Shown: positions 1-8,559 of the stretch, one piece after another
Numbering within the stretch: position 1 is the first letter of the stretch
How the letters are laid out: every line of letters begins with the position of its first letter
Origin: a virus
Direction: 5' to 3' (one strand)
DNA length: 32,882 bases
Virus record (IMG/VR): IMGVR_UViG_3300033172_000008
Notes under the pieces: generated by a model
The model's database searches: none
The model's input: only the letters and a program-made list of their open reading frames with translations
Told to the model about the DNA's origin: nothing
Made by a program: the position numbers and the translations under genes

Positions 1-127
1 CGAAGTGATTGTAGAGATTACTGACTGGAATAGATATTCCAAACTCTTCCGTTAGCGGTTCCATCAACAGGTCTGACCCATCCACCAACGCTGTACCAAC
101 CGATTTTGCCTGTCCGGCCAAAATCGT
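1..127. repeat. Terminal direct repeat, left copy (assembly overlap of a circular genome)
   Basis: Bases 1-127 are identical to 32756-32882. The repeat runs into the 3' end of the capsid CDS, so it is not an intergenic physical terminus. Unit genome length is 32755 bp. Confidence 0.95.
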
Positions 128-998
128 TCTGGTCATCAGCGTAGTAACGAATCAGGTCAGGTCGGTAGAAGGTGTCATAACCAATAACACTGTTTACGCC
201 AAAAATCGTTGATTTGCTTGCCGTTCCAGCGGCATTCAAGGTGGAAACTCGATGCGGCCCAAATTCCTCTATGAACATAACACCGTTGTACACAGCTACT
301 TCGCCCATGCTGTATACCCCAGAGATTCCAAGGCTGGCGGCACTGGAATAAACCTGTGCTTGACCCTTGATACCATCAAAGATTCCCGGACTTCCAATGC
401 AACGATAGAGACCATCCGAGTAAGGAGCGATGCCCTTAGCTCTAAGGATGGAGACTATCTTAGTCACATGGTAAGGAAGCAACTGACTCACACCAGTTGT
501 ACCAGCGTCAGCAGTTGTAATTTCGCCTACAGTGGTGGCAGTCGTAACAGCAAAACCATTGGTAGTGCTATTGAAGGTGGCACCAATAAGGGCGTTCCGG
601 GTAATCATTGCGTTTCTTGCGATTGTCAGACCAGAAGCACTCATGAGGTCAACGTTGGAAAGCCAGTTAGCAAAGCCACTAATGCGTTCTGCGTAACCGT
701 ATTCCCTGAGGGTGCCTGTTGCCTGAGCAAGACCAGTGGAGTTGCCAGCGGCAATTGCAGTACCTTCGGTAAGGGGAGTTGTTTGAGCCGCTACATCAGT
801 GATGTAACTCGCTTTGAAGGTGTCGCCCAGACCTTCGCCGGAAACTTCAACGTTGCCCCAAGTTTGACCGAGGAATTGTTCCCAAAAAGTGAGCAAGGGA
901 AGGTCCGGTTCAAGGGCAGGAATCCAGTAATCGGGAATAAGGACACTACCGGTAGAACCTTCGGACCAGCGGGGGGTATTCGTGTAATCAGCAGACAT
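18..998 (-). CDS. Major capsid protein (HK97-fold type, assigned by position and composition)
   Basis: 326-aa Gly/Ala/Thr-rich ORF directly downstream of a scaffold-like ORF, the portal and TerL. RBS GAGAGG lies upstream of the ATG at 998. A strong rho-independent terminator follows across the circular junction. Confidence 0.75.
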   Translation of the reverse strand: MSADYTNTPRWSEGSTGSVLIPDYWIPALEPDLPLLTFWEQFLGQTWGNVEVSGEGLGDTFKASYITDVAAQTTPLTEGTAIAAGNSTGLAQATGTLREYGYAERISGFANWLSNVDLMSASGLTIARNAMITRNALIGATFNSTTNGFAVTTATTVGEITTADAGTTGVSQLLPYHVTKIVSILRAKGIAPYSDGLYRCIGSPGIFDGIKGQAQVYSSAASLGISGVYSMGEVAVYNGVMFIEEFGPHRVSTLNAAGTASKSTIFGVNSVIGYDTFYRPDLIRYYADDQNDFGRTGKIGWYSVGGWVRPVDGTANGRVWNIYSSQ

Positions 999-1017
999 AG
1001 TGATTTACCTCTCTAAT

Positions 1018-1602
1018 TTACTTGTTTTTGTGTCGCTCCGCTAAGTTCTTGAAGTAGTTCGCATCGTAAGCGGTCTTGCCAGTATTGTCGAGACCCTTGA
1101 AACCACCCAAGTCACCGGGAGCAGGAATTTTCTTTGTATCAATTGCGGATTTAAGTTCGTCTTCGAATTCAGCGTCTACCTGCTTGAAGATTTCAGCCAA
1201 CTCTTCCGGGGTGTTCCACTCTTGGTTGTTAGCCGCTATGCCATAGAGGTTTGCACGGGTCTTGGCAAAGGGTTTACCCTGTGAAGCATTCATTACTGCC
1301 ATATCAAACTGATGTTTCTTTTCAATCTGTTTGATGGCATTGTCCTTATCTTCCAAGTCTTTTTGCAATTTGGCAATCATTTCCTTGTACTTATCAGCCT
1401 CGGTTAATTTAGCCAAGCGTTCACTTTCCTCTTTTTCCTTCAGGGTTCGGTACTCTTGTTCAATCCCACTATACTCTTTCACTTTGTCCTTGAGGGTCTT
1501 AACATCCTCTTTGTAAGTGCGAAGAGCTTTAGCCGCCGCTTCGGGACTATCAAACCCAAATTCAGCCAAAAAGCCACTCTCTGTCATAATCTCGTCAGCC
1601 AT
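1018..1602 (-). CDS. Scaffolding protein
   Basis: 194 aa, very Glu/Lys-rich and coiled-coil-like, immediately upstream of the capsid gene. The ATG at 1602 has GGAG 6 nt upstream. The track ORF extends to a TTG at 1614. Confidence 0.7.
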   Translation of the reverse strand: MADEIMTESGFLAEFGFDSPEAAAKALRTYKEDVKTLKDKVKEYSGIEQEYRTLKEKEESERLAKLTEADKYKEMIAKLQKDLEDKDNAIKQIEKKHQFDMAVMNASQGKPFAKTRANLYGIAANNQEWNTPEELAEIFKQVDAEFEDELKSAIDTKKIPAPGDLGGFKGLDNTGKTAYDANYFKNLAERHKNK

Positions 1603-1634
1603 ACGATTCTCCAATCGTGTTTTAAAAATCTTGG

Positions 1635-1654
1635 GAGGTAAACACCTTTACCTC
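1635..1654 (-). promoter_or_regulatory. Leader stem-loop in the scaffold/capsid 5' UTR
   Basis: GAGGTAAA-ggtg-TTTACCTC (8-bp stem) on the minus strand, followed by CCAAGATTTTTAAAAC. It lies between the predicted promoter (1665-1695) and the scaffold start codon. Confidence 0.45.
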
Positions 1655-1664
1655 ATTCATCCTA

Positions 1665-1695
1665 CATATATCCAATTTAGACCAAAAAAGTTCAT
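1665..1695 (-). promoter_or_regulatory. Promoter-like element ATGAACT-N18-TATATG upstream of scaffold/capsid genes
   Basis: Minus strand reads ATGAACT tttttggtctaaattgga TATATG. It has the same architecture as five other sites in the genome. Confidence 0.5.
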
Positions 1696-1696
1696 T

Positions 1697-2179
1697 TTAT
1701 TCAATGTCTAAATTACGAGTCTCTTGAATCCATTTAACTAACTGCTTGTCCGTAGGGTACTTACCAGTCTCAAGCATGTAGTCATCAATAGCCGTTTCAA
1801 TTTGTGAATCGGTAAATGTTGATGGTATATCCGGGTTACTTCGGATGGCAGTCAGCATGGCTCCATTATCTGCATAGAGTCGGAAATTGTTACCCCAAAT
1901 TGGAGTGGGTTGAATAATTTCGCCACCATCAATCCTCGACATCAGGTCACCTCGAATAGCCCTACTAAATTCTTCAGCAACTTCTCTGGATTCGAAAAAT
2001 AACATGTTCATTCCATCATCTGCATACCTTGGAGGAGTGGCACTGACCTGTCCATCGCAGAAGGACTTAGCTCCACCTTTGGAATCCATAAGGTCATCAA
2101 TATCAACCACATCTCCAATGAGGTTTAAATTACGAAAGGATGTGTCGTTCGTAACTGGTTGCAAGTAAACACCATACAT
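1697..2179 (-). CDS. Hypothetical protein (head module)
   Basis: 160-aa ORF whose start/stop overlaps the upstream gene at 2179. No motif recognised. Confidence 0.6.
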   Translation of the reverse strand: MYGVYLQPVTNDTSFRNLNLIGDVVDIDDLMDSKGGAKSFCDGQVSATPPRYADDGMNMLFFESREVAEEFSRAIRGDLMSRIDGGEIIQPTPIWGNNFRLYADNGAMLTAIRSNPDIPSTFTDSQIETAIDDYMLETGKYPTDKQLVKWIQETRNLDIE

Positions 2180-2838
2180 TATTTAACCTTCCTCTGCTGG
2201 GCTATTGTGGCAACCATCTTGGGTCTACCTATTGCATATCTGCGTACATGTTCATACCAGCTATACCGACTGTTGCCGTAGGGGAAGCCAACTATGTGAG
2301 CATCCGGCGCAGTCATTCGTGCAAGGAAGAAGTCGAAGTCTTTACCCATTTGAATTGCCCCTATCAGTTCACGTTCCACTTGTCGGTAGTGTTTCTGGAA
2401 GTGGCCCTTCCATACATCAATTTCTTGGGTAATGGTAATTTCAATGATGGCTTTGTCCTCCTTAGTTAAATTAGACGGGATGGTTTTACCTTCAAGTTCC
2501 CCGTTGAGTTGAGCCAGTTCAATACCCTTCCGATAGAAGTCGTCGAAGTAATCGTATGTCCAGTCAGTAATTGCAGGGAGCAACATGTCCCTACTCTTCC
2601 GGGCCATCAAATTACACAGGGCTTGAATGTCATCCATGGGAGTAAGGGGACTGAGTACGCCCCCTTTGAATCGGAGTGTCTTATAGGCAATCTCGGGCAT
2701 GTCTTTGATAAACCAACGGTCATATGCCATCACAGCCTTGTACATCTTGTCTGCCTTGTAGTTAGGAAGATTGTAGTAGACATCTGAGAAGTCCTTGGCT
2801 AATTTAAGCATCTGACTGCGGTTTAATTTACTCTTCAT
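2179..2838 (-). CDS. Putative minor head / head-morphogenesis protein (position-based)
   Basis: 219-aa ORF overlapping the portal stop by 11 nt. It occupies the classical post-portal position. No catalytic motif recognised. Confidence 0.5.
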   Translation of the reverse strand: MKSKLNRSQMLKLAKDFSDVYYNLPNYKADKMYKAVMAYDRWFIKDMPEIAYKTLRFKGGVLSPLTPMDDIQALCNLMARKSRDMLLPAITDWTYDYFDDFYRKGIELAQLNGELEGKTIPSNLTKEDKAIIEITITQEIDVWKGHFQKHYRQVERELIGAIQMGKDFDFFLARMTAPDAHIVGFPYGNSRYSWYEHVRRYAIGRPKMVATIAQQRKVK

Positions 2839-4318
2839 TTATGCGGCTCCTAAGTTCTTCCAGCTTGGCCCGTTCCTGTATTTCACTTGTTCCGGTGTCC
2901 TCATTGATGCGCTTGATTTCCTCATCAACCATGTTGTCATCCCATGTAGGGTGAAGATGTTTGATGGCATCTCTCTGGCTACGAATTTTGCCCATGACTT
3001 CTCCGGTAAGGGTTTCAGCCACAACCTCTTGAGGAAAGCTGATAGGAGTAAAGTCAATGAAAGCGTTGTCCATAATCTTGTTGATTTCTCTGGGGTCAGG
3101 AGTAGGGTTTAATTTACCCGAGACATCACCATAATAAATCATCTTAGCCAGAAGCTCTTCCATCAGTTCAAGTTCTTGCGGTATAGCACAGTTCTCTTTC
3201 TCCGCTATAAGTTCTTTGGCAGGAGTCATCGCAATTTCAAATGCCCTACCTGAAGAGGCGTCTCCAAGTCCGGTGTTGTCACCCACGGAAACCGAAGGGA
3301 TTCTACTGGTTACATGAAGTTCCTGAATGAGCAGGTTGATGAATTCTTTAAGGTCAGTAATGGAGTGAGCGTTGTTTTCCAATCGCTTCACCCACACATC
3401 ACCATCTGGATTGGCGTTTGAATCAACGTGCCATACTGCACGGGGTTCGTAGGACCAATCAACTTTGCCCACTGCATTGGTTATGACCGGGTTGTGAAGA
3501 CCCCAAATCATAAGTTCTCGGCCATCCGTGAACAACTCATTAACAGACTCTAAGGTGTTAAGTAATGGAAGTATATCAGACTTACCCCATGCATTGAAGG
3601 GGTGGTCGAGACCTCTCCACCACACAGCACCCAGATAATCACCCAGAGGATTCAATCCCTCATAGGGGGTCTTAATTTCCTTGCCATCAACCTTCACATG
3701 GTATTCTCCGGGAACCATAATTTCCCCAGATTGAGAACGCTTGTGTCGGGTAATTTTCTCCTCGAACCTATGCACTGACTTCTTGGGGATGGTATTCAAT
3801 TCCATTACCCAATCTGGCAATTCCTCGGTCAAAATATCAAACACGATTCCATCTATGTGACCATAAGGGTCTTCAGGATTGAAAATTGGTATGACGTCAT
3901 TGAAGCCATAGAGGGCAAATTTATAATTGCCATCCCAAGTACGAATGATTCTTATTACCCCATATCCACAGAGGGAAGCAATCTTGGTCAGACGCATCAT
4001 GACTCCCCGAGCATTCGCATAGGTCTTCTTGATTCTCTCATCCAATTCCGGCACACCATAACTGCGGGTTACTTTCCTGCCATACAATAGAGTAGCAATT
4101 TTATCAACCAACAGTGATGTGAAAGCAATCGGAGTGAAGGCTTCAAGTCTGCCATTGTAAATTCGGTCTGACATCTTGGGTGGTCTGAGAGGGTCAGTTG
4201 TGTTGTCGTACAACTCTTTAAGTTTGATGATGATTTCCCCATGAATAGGAGATTCAGTGTTCACTAACCCCATCAGAGCTTGTGTAACTGTTTGTTCCGT
4301 TGTGTCTTTGTAAAGCAT
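2828..4318 (-). CDS. Portal protein
   Basis: 496 aa, immediately downstream of TerL, with RBS AGGAG 6 nt before the ATG. Size and position are typical of SPP1-type portals. Confidence 0.85.
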   Translation of the reverse strand: MLYKDTTEQTVTQALMGLVNTESPIHGEIIIKLKELYDNTTDPLRPPKMSDRIYNGRLEAFTPIAFTSLLVDKIATLLYGRKVTRSYGVPELDERIKKTYANARGVMMRLTKIASLCGYGVIRIIRTWDGNYKFALYGFNDVIPIFNPEDPYGHIDGIVFDILTEELPDWVMELNTIPKKSVHRFEEKITRHKRSQSGEIMVPGEYHVKVDGKEIKTPYEGLNPLGDYLGAVWWRGLDHPFNAWGKSDILPLLNTLESVNELFTDGRELMIWGLHNPVITNAVGKVDWSYEPRAVWHVDSNANPDGDVWVKRLENNAHSITDLKEFINLLIQELHVTSRIPSVSVGDNTGLGDASSGRAFEIAMTPAKELIAEKENCAIPQELELMEELLAKMIYYGDVSGKLNPTPDPREINKIMDNAFIDFTPISFPQEVVAETLTGEVMGKIRSQRDAIKHLHPTWDDNMVDEEIKRINEDTGTSEIQERAKLEELRSRINEE

Positions 4319-4333
4319 ATTAATCTCCTATTT

Positions 4334-5632
4334 CTATAGGCGTTCCATTGTGTTTCGGCCACTACTTCTTTGTAAATATTCAATCAAATATCGAATAGCA
4401 TCTGCCGGGTGGTCTAATATTCCATCCTTGACATATACTTCTTTCCCCCTCTCGAAGACCAAATTACGAAACATCTCAATGACCTTGGGGCAGTCTTCAG
4501 TAACGAATAGAGAAACCTCTCCCAACTCATTGAGTATTCTCGCTCTCATCAACTGTATACCCGTGACGATGCGGTATCTGCGAGTACTAACAGCATAACC
4601 CCTGTCCATCATCCAAGTAGATTCATTCAACTTAGAAACGAAAGAATGACCAGCATCCCTCCCTATGTCCCTGCGTTGATTTCCTGCCACGTCACTTATA
4701 ATAGCCGTATAACCCTGAGACGGTTCATTCTCGATTAATTTAGCCAACACTTGAGGGGTGCCTTGATGAGCCAGAATATGCTCCTTGTATATTACCATAT
4801 CGTCCGTGACCCTATTGTGGGCTACCCAAACCATAGCGCAGTATTGAGCATATCCGGGGTCAATCGTTAAGTAGACATCCCAAGTTTCGTCTAATTTGAA
4901 ATCCTTAAGGATGTGTTTATTGTCGTCGAAGTCCGGGAACACCTGACCCTCGAACACAACACAATTTGCCATGTACTCCTGTTGGAAGTAGATGGGGTCG
5001 GATTGTCTCTTGACCAACTCCCACTCATCCTCAGTCCACACATGGTAATTTTCATTGGATGGACCCTTGTGGCTCCACCAACCCCCCTCATGCTGTTGTC
5101 CCAATTCAAATTTCTTCCACACCCAGTTACGACCTCGGGGAGTGGAAATCATTATGACTGTACCCCTACGGTCTCTTATACATGGCGAAATGTACATTTC
5201 CCATATCTGTTCTGGCAGGGTTGCGGCTTCGTCTACAATCACCAAATCAAATCCATCACCCAGTAGGGAATCGGGGTTATCCGCTGACCCTAATTCGAGG
5301 GTTGAACCCCAAGCCGTTTCCATTCTCATTTCACCCTTAAGGATGCTGATGTCCGTGCCAAACAATTTAATAACATCTACCAATAGGTAACGCCAAAGCT
5401 TCTTGGCTAATTTGTATGTCTTGCTCACACATAGAATCTTACAGTCGGCTTCCATTAAGGCATAACAGGCCGGAATGGATGCAATCTTTGTCTTACCATA
5501 TCTACGACCCGCCAGCACACAGATGAAACGCTCGTTGCAGAACGCTTCGAGAATCTTGGCTTGACCCGGATGTGGGTGGAAATTAAGCTTCCGTATGAGG
5601 GCTTGCAGGGCTTTCTGGTTCTTCCGTAGCAT
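4334..5632 (-). CDS. terL: Terminase large subunit
   Basis: Walker A-like AGRRYGKT, Walker B plus catalytic Glu LVIVDEAA, and a C-terminal RNaseH-like nuclease segment (YLTIDPGY). 432 aa. Confidence 0.9.
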   Translation of the reverse strand: MLRKNQKALQALIRKLNFHPHPGQAKILEAFCNERFICVLAGRRYGKTKIASIPACYALMEADCKILCVSKTYKLAKKLWRYLLVDVIKLFGTDISILKGEMRMETAWGSTLELGSADNPDSLLGDGFDLVIVDEAATLPEQIWEMYISPCIRDRRGTVIMISTPRGRNWVWKKFELGQQHEGGWWSHKGPSNENYHVWTEDEWELVKRQSDPIYFQQEYMANCVVFEGQVFPDFDDNKHILKDFKLDETWDVYLTIDPGYAQYCAMVWVAHNRVTDDMVIYKEHILAHQGTPQVLAKLIENEPSQGYTAIISDVAGNQRRDIGRDAGHSFVSKLNESTWMMDRGYAVSTRRYRIVTGIQLMRARILNELGEVSLFVTEDCPKVIEMFRNLVFERGKEVYVKDGILDHPADAIRYLIEYLQRSSGRNTMERL

Positions 5633-5825
5633 TGGTACTCTTTCTGTTGGTGACTACTCCCTCGGCAACACGTCCTCCCATTAAGACCAAGGTAATCACA
5701 TACCAGTGTTCTGATGTAACTAAACCAATAAGTAGGAACAAGGTGGCAACTAACCATGCCCAAATTGAATGTCCTATTAATTTGTCAATAATTTTGAATT
5801 TAAACGAATCTCTTTTAATTTGCAT
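5583..5825 (-). CDS. Small membrane protein, two predicted TM helices (holin-like candidate)
   Basis: 80 aa with hydrophobic stretches IWAWLVATLFLLIGLV and WYVITLVLMGG. It overlaps the terL start by 50 nt. Confidence 0.45.
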   Translation of the reverse strand: MQIKRDSFKFKIIDKLIGHSIWAWLVATLFLLIGLVTSEHWYVITLVLMGGRVAEGVVTNRKSTNATEEPESPASPHTEA

Positions 5826-5926
5826 ATTGTTCCCTCTATGGCTTCAATGGTCCGGTCACATGTTTGGATAATACTCTCACGGTCTTCGGGGGTGAGGTCT
5901 AAATTAGAGTTGTTAGATTTTTTCAT
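5777..5926 (-). CDS. Possible 49-aa ORF (MKKSNNSNLDLTPEDRES...)
   Basis: Hand-translated; below the cut-off of the ORF track. Weak RBS (GAGAAG), and it overlaps both neighbouring ORFs. Confidence 0.25.
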   Translation of the reverse strand: MKKSNNSNLDLTPEDRESIIQTCDRTIEAIEGTICKLKEIRLNSKLLTN

Positions 5927-6212
5927 ACTTCTCAACTTTCCTTTTAATTTCCTTTATATCCTCTTTGATGATGGGTAGTATGGTTTCCAGAGTATTAATT
6001 TGAATACTCTGGTTATTAGTTAAGTCATTAAGTTCCTTGAATTTAGATTCAAGGTGAACCCCTTTAGAACAACAATTGTCTCGCATAAGATTACATTCTT
6101 CCTCCATATATTTTAAACGACTGTTAGTGTTGGCAATAAATTTGACCAGACCAAACCCCTGAATAAGGAGAAATACTATTATGGGCCACATGCTAAGTAG
6201 TGTGTCAAGCAT
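5913..6212 (-). CDS. N-terminally membrane-anchored coiled-coil protein (holin/spanin-like candidate)
   Basis: 99 aa. N-terminal hydrophobic helix (WPIIVFLLIQGFGLV) followed by a charged coiled-coil-like tail. RBS AGGTG. Confidence 0.6.
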   Translation of the reverse strand: MLDTLLSMWPIIVFLLIQGFGLVKFIANTNSRLKYMEEECNLMRDNCCSKGVHLESKFKELNDLTNNQSIQINTLETILPIIKEDIKEIKRKVEKYEKI

Positions 6213-6251
6213 TATACACCTATCTAATTTTGGAGTAAATTACGAAGTTTC

Positions 6252-7202
6252 TCAGACGACCCATTCAATTGTAACTCTCTGTAGTTTACTGAGGTCGGCT
6301 GAGTCCAATATTCTAATTCTACCTGTTCCTGTAGACGCTCCATCATATTTAGTTCCACTCGTGCCAGTTTCACCGTTGGCTTTGGCGATTACAAACTCAT
6401 CAGCGTCTAAACCTTCGACTGTTACGGTAATGTCAGCATCGGTTTGTTCTTTCCATGTGAGAACATCAATAGGTGTGGAATCAGATACAACACACTCGAC
6501 TCGATAGGTAATGGTTCCATCGTTGGTGTAAATTACAAAGTCACCTGTGTAAGTTCCTGCTGTTCCAGTATTTGTGAGATTGACAGTTACTTGACCACTT
6601 GCCCCGGATGCCAACGAAGTGGGGAATGCGGTGTAGGTAAACCCAGTAGGGGCAGTAACCCTATAGATATTCAAAGCAGTTGGTCCATCATTTTCAATTT
6701 GTATTGTACCGAATGAACTCTCCCCAACATATATGGTACCCAAATTTAGACCTATAACAGCTTCGGGCTCTCCGGCAATGAGGTTCTGTATCTCATATTC
6801 AAAAGTCTGTGAAACTGAATAGATATTACTCTCATCAGGCCCAGTGTATGTTTCGCCTACCCACATGGGGGTCCTACGAATAGAACCATAGAGGGTTGAC
6901 CTGAGTAAATTAGATTTGCTTAAATGACCATAGGAGAGCAAGGTTTCGTGGACGGAACCCATCTTGGCAGTACTGTCAAGGTTAATGGTGACATCCACCT
7001 GCATCTTATCAACATACGCACTTCCGGTTTCGTAAGTTAGGACATCATTCACTACAGATATATTCACCCATGAAGTCCCGGCATTTGCGGGTCTCCAAAA
7101 CTGATTCCCCGCTGGCACTATGTTGATGACTGTGGGGAAGCCAGATATGGACCCCAAATAGGTCTGCATGTTGGTCATCAAATCCCATTGTGGATTAGGC
7201 AC
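6252..7202 (-). CDS. Structural protein: tail-terminator-like N-domain fused to Ig-like C-terminal domain(s)
   Basis: 316 aa with a GTG start and GGAGG 5 nt upstream. The N-terminal ~140 aa resemble the tail-terminator/DUF4128-like pattern. The C-terminal Thr/Gly-rich beta-type segment (SGASGQVTVNLTNTGTAGTYTGDF) is typical of Ig-like/ASH-type domains. Confidence 0.55.
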   Translation of the reverse strand: MPNPQWDLMTNMQTYLGSISGFPTVINIVPAGNQFWRPANAGTSWVNISVVNDVLTYETGSAYVDKMQVDVTINLDSTAKMGSVHETLLSYGHLSKSNLLRSTLYGSIRRTPMWVGETYTGPDESNIYSVSQTFEYEIQNLIAGEPEAVIGLNLGTIYVGESSFGTIQIENDGPTALNIYRVTAPTGFTYTAFPTSLASGASGQVTVNLTNTGTAGTYTGDFVIYTNDGTITYRVECVVSDSTPIDVLTWKEQTDADITVTVEGLDADEFVIAKANGETGTSGTKYDGASTGTGRIRILDSADLSKLQRVTIEWVV

Positions 7203-7225
7203 CGTGAACCTCCGTTATAAAGAAC

Positions 7226-7301
7226 TGGTGGAGATGGTGGCAATCGAAGCCACGACATCCTGCTTGCAAAACAGGTACTCTTCCAACTGAGTTACATCCC
7301 C
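7226..7301 (-). tRNA. tRNA-Ala (anticodon UGC), CCA encoded
   Basis: Hand-folded cloverleaf: acceptor GGGGATG/CATCTCC with a G3:U70 pair and A73; D arm ACTC-AGTTGGAA-GAGT; anticodon arm CCTGT-TTTGCAA-GCAGG; variable loop ATGTC; T arm GTGGC-TTCGATT-GCCAC; then ACCA. 76 nt. Confidence 0.88.
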
Positions 7302-7388
7302 ACATATTGTTGGGGGTCGGTCGGTAAGTAAACCAACCCCCCAGTATAATTTAGACATCAATTGTAATTTAATTTCTCTATTAACATG

Positions 7389-8141
7389 TTATTCTTCCTT
7401 GTCTTCGTCTGTGGTCGTGTTAAGGTTCCATGGGTCTTCATCGTTGATTCGGTCAAGTAGTTCCGTCAAAGGACTCTTTTCTTTGTTAAATTGTATGGTA
7501 TCTACTTTACCGAAGTCATTAGGGAATCGTCGTTCCAAAATAAACATTGTGCTGCGCGCTCGGGCTGATTCATTGTTGCCCTCAATTGCCAATTTGTTCA
7601 GGTTGTCAATCATCTTCATCTTGTATTCATGTTCGGCCAAGTCAGCCATTTCCTGAAGTTCAGGTAATTTAGCCAAGGTTTTAATCAATGTTTCATGCTT
7701 GCATTTGATGGCTCGGGTTACGTCTCTCATGCGTCCACCATTACTTAGTACCTCCACCATTGTAGGTACCCACTTACGATAGTTGTATGCTAAATTAAAC
7801 ATGTTTAAATTACCCGTTTTAATACCCATTAATTTGTTAAGGTATATTCTCCTATTGTAATCTTTCAGATTCATGGTAGGCTCTTTCAACCATTTCCATT
7901 CCAAATATCTGTATTCATCCTGAAGGTCAATCAATTTGTCCCGACCTAATTTATCATAGTTACGTAACCAAGCTTTCTTACTCCACCGAATAGTGCCCTT
8001 GATTATATTGACATCTTCCATAGGGATTGCCCACGGACCTTCTAAAGCAATACCTATCCACTCGATGCAACCCATTTGGTCGGGATTTTTACCATAGTGT
8101 ACAGCCGGGTCTTCTTCACATTCAAATCTCTTAATTTCCAT
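7389..8141 (-). CDS. Putative small terminase subunit / DNA-binding protein
   Basis: 250 aa. The C-terminal half has an HTH-like stretch (GGRMRDVTRAIKCKHETLIKTL) and the FILERRFPNDFGK motif common near the C-terminus of small terminases. Strong RBS GGAGG. Confidence 0.45.
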   Translation of the reverse strand: MEIKRFECEEDPAVHYGKNPDQMGCIEWIGIALEGPWAIPMEDVNIIKGTIRWSKKAWLRNYDKLGRDKLIDLQDEYRYLEWKWLKEPTMNLKDYNRRIYLNKLMGIKTGNLNMFNLAYNYRKWVPTMVEVLSNGGRMRDVTRAIKCKHETLIKTLAKLPELQEMADLAEHEYKMKMIDNLNKLAIEGNNESARARSTMFILERRFPNDFGKVDTIQFNKEKSPLTELLDRINDEDPWNLNTTTDEDKEE

Positions 8142-8166
8142 ATACAGACACCTCCGTATCTATTGT

Positions 8167-8197
8167 ATTATATCCATTTCAGTTGATTTTAGTTCAT
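8167..8197 (-). promoter_or_regulatory. Promoter-like element ATGAACT-N18-TATAAT upstream of the TerS-like gene
   Basis: Minus strand reads ATGAACT aaaatcaactgaaatgga TATAAT. The -10 ends 25 nt before the ATG at 8141. Confidence 0.55.
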
Positions 8198-8199
8198 TT

Positions 8200-8239
8200 G
8201 TAAATTAGACCTCAAGGTTTAATTTGAGGTCTAATTTAC
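8200..8239. repeat. Perfect 16-bp inverted repeat carrying the genome-wide AAATTAGACC word
   Basis: GTAAATTAGACCTCAA (8200-8215), loop ggtttaat, TTGAGGTCTAATTTAC (8224-8239). It abuts the -35 of the 8167-8197 promoter. Confidence 0.9.
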
Positions 8240-8262
8240 CTAACATGTTGGTGTGGTCTAAT

Positions 8263-8559
8263 TTATGAGCCTTTCACTTTTGCAATGTCAAATATCAAGT
8301 TGGGTGTGGGGAGATTACCAATAGGTAACCGATGCAAAGTGTAGGCCAATTTGCCAAAAAACACTTTAGCATGCCATTGAGCCGCAGATAAATTAGCCTC
8401 AGCCACTACAGGACTGGCACCCCTACCTCTACCTACTACTGGTTTCCAAGCTGACCCTACTAATTTACATAGGGTGAATCGAGGATTGCCATCACTGTCG
8501 GAAAGTAAAATTAGACCAAAGATGTCTTTGGCGGTGATTGCGAACTGTCTGTATTCCAT
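8263..8559 (-). CDS. Hypothetical protein
   Basis: 98-aa ORF in an operon context. No motif recognised. Confidence 0.5.
   Translation of the reverse strand: MEYRQFAITAKDIFGLILLSDSDGNPRFTLCKLVGSAWKPVVGRGRGASPVVAEANLSAAQWHAKVFFGKLAYTLHRLPIGNLPTPNLIFDIAKVKGS

Noticed and set aside
1-127. The 127-bp terminal repeat as a biological direct terminal repeat
   Set aside because: It lies within the capsid coding sequence rather than at an intergenic terminus. It also has the look of a fixed-length assembler overlap, so I treat it as a circularisation artefact.
252-1016. 254-aa plus-strand ORF, plus many similar ORFs antisense to the structural genes (e.g. 2509-2787, 4913-5266, 5055-5390, 6181-6507, 9950-10438, 28134-28361, 29564-29974)
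   Set aside because: They fall entirely within better-supported opposite-strand genes. They lack RBSs and have odd Ser/Cys/Leu-rich composition. They are shadow ORFs.
7302-7388. A second tRNA next to tRNA-Ala
   Set aside because: Only a bulged hairpin is present, with no T-loop or D-loop consensus and no cloverleaf.
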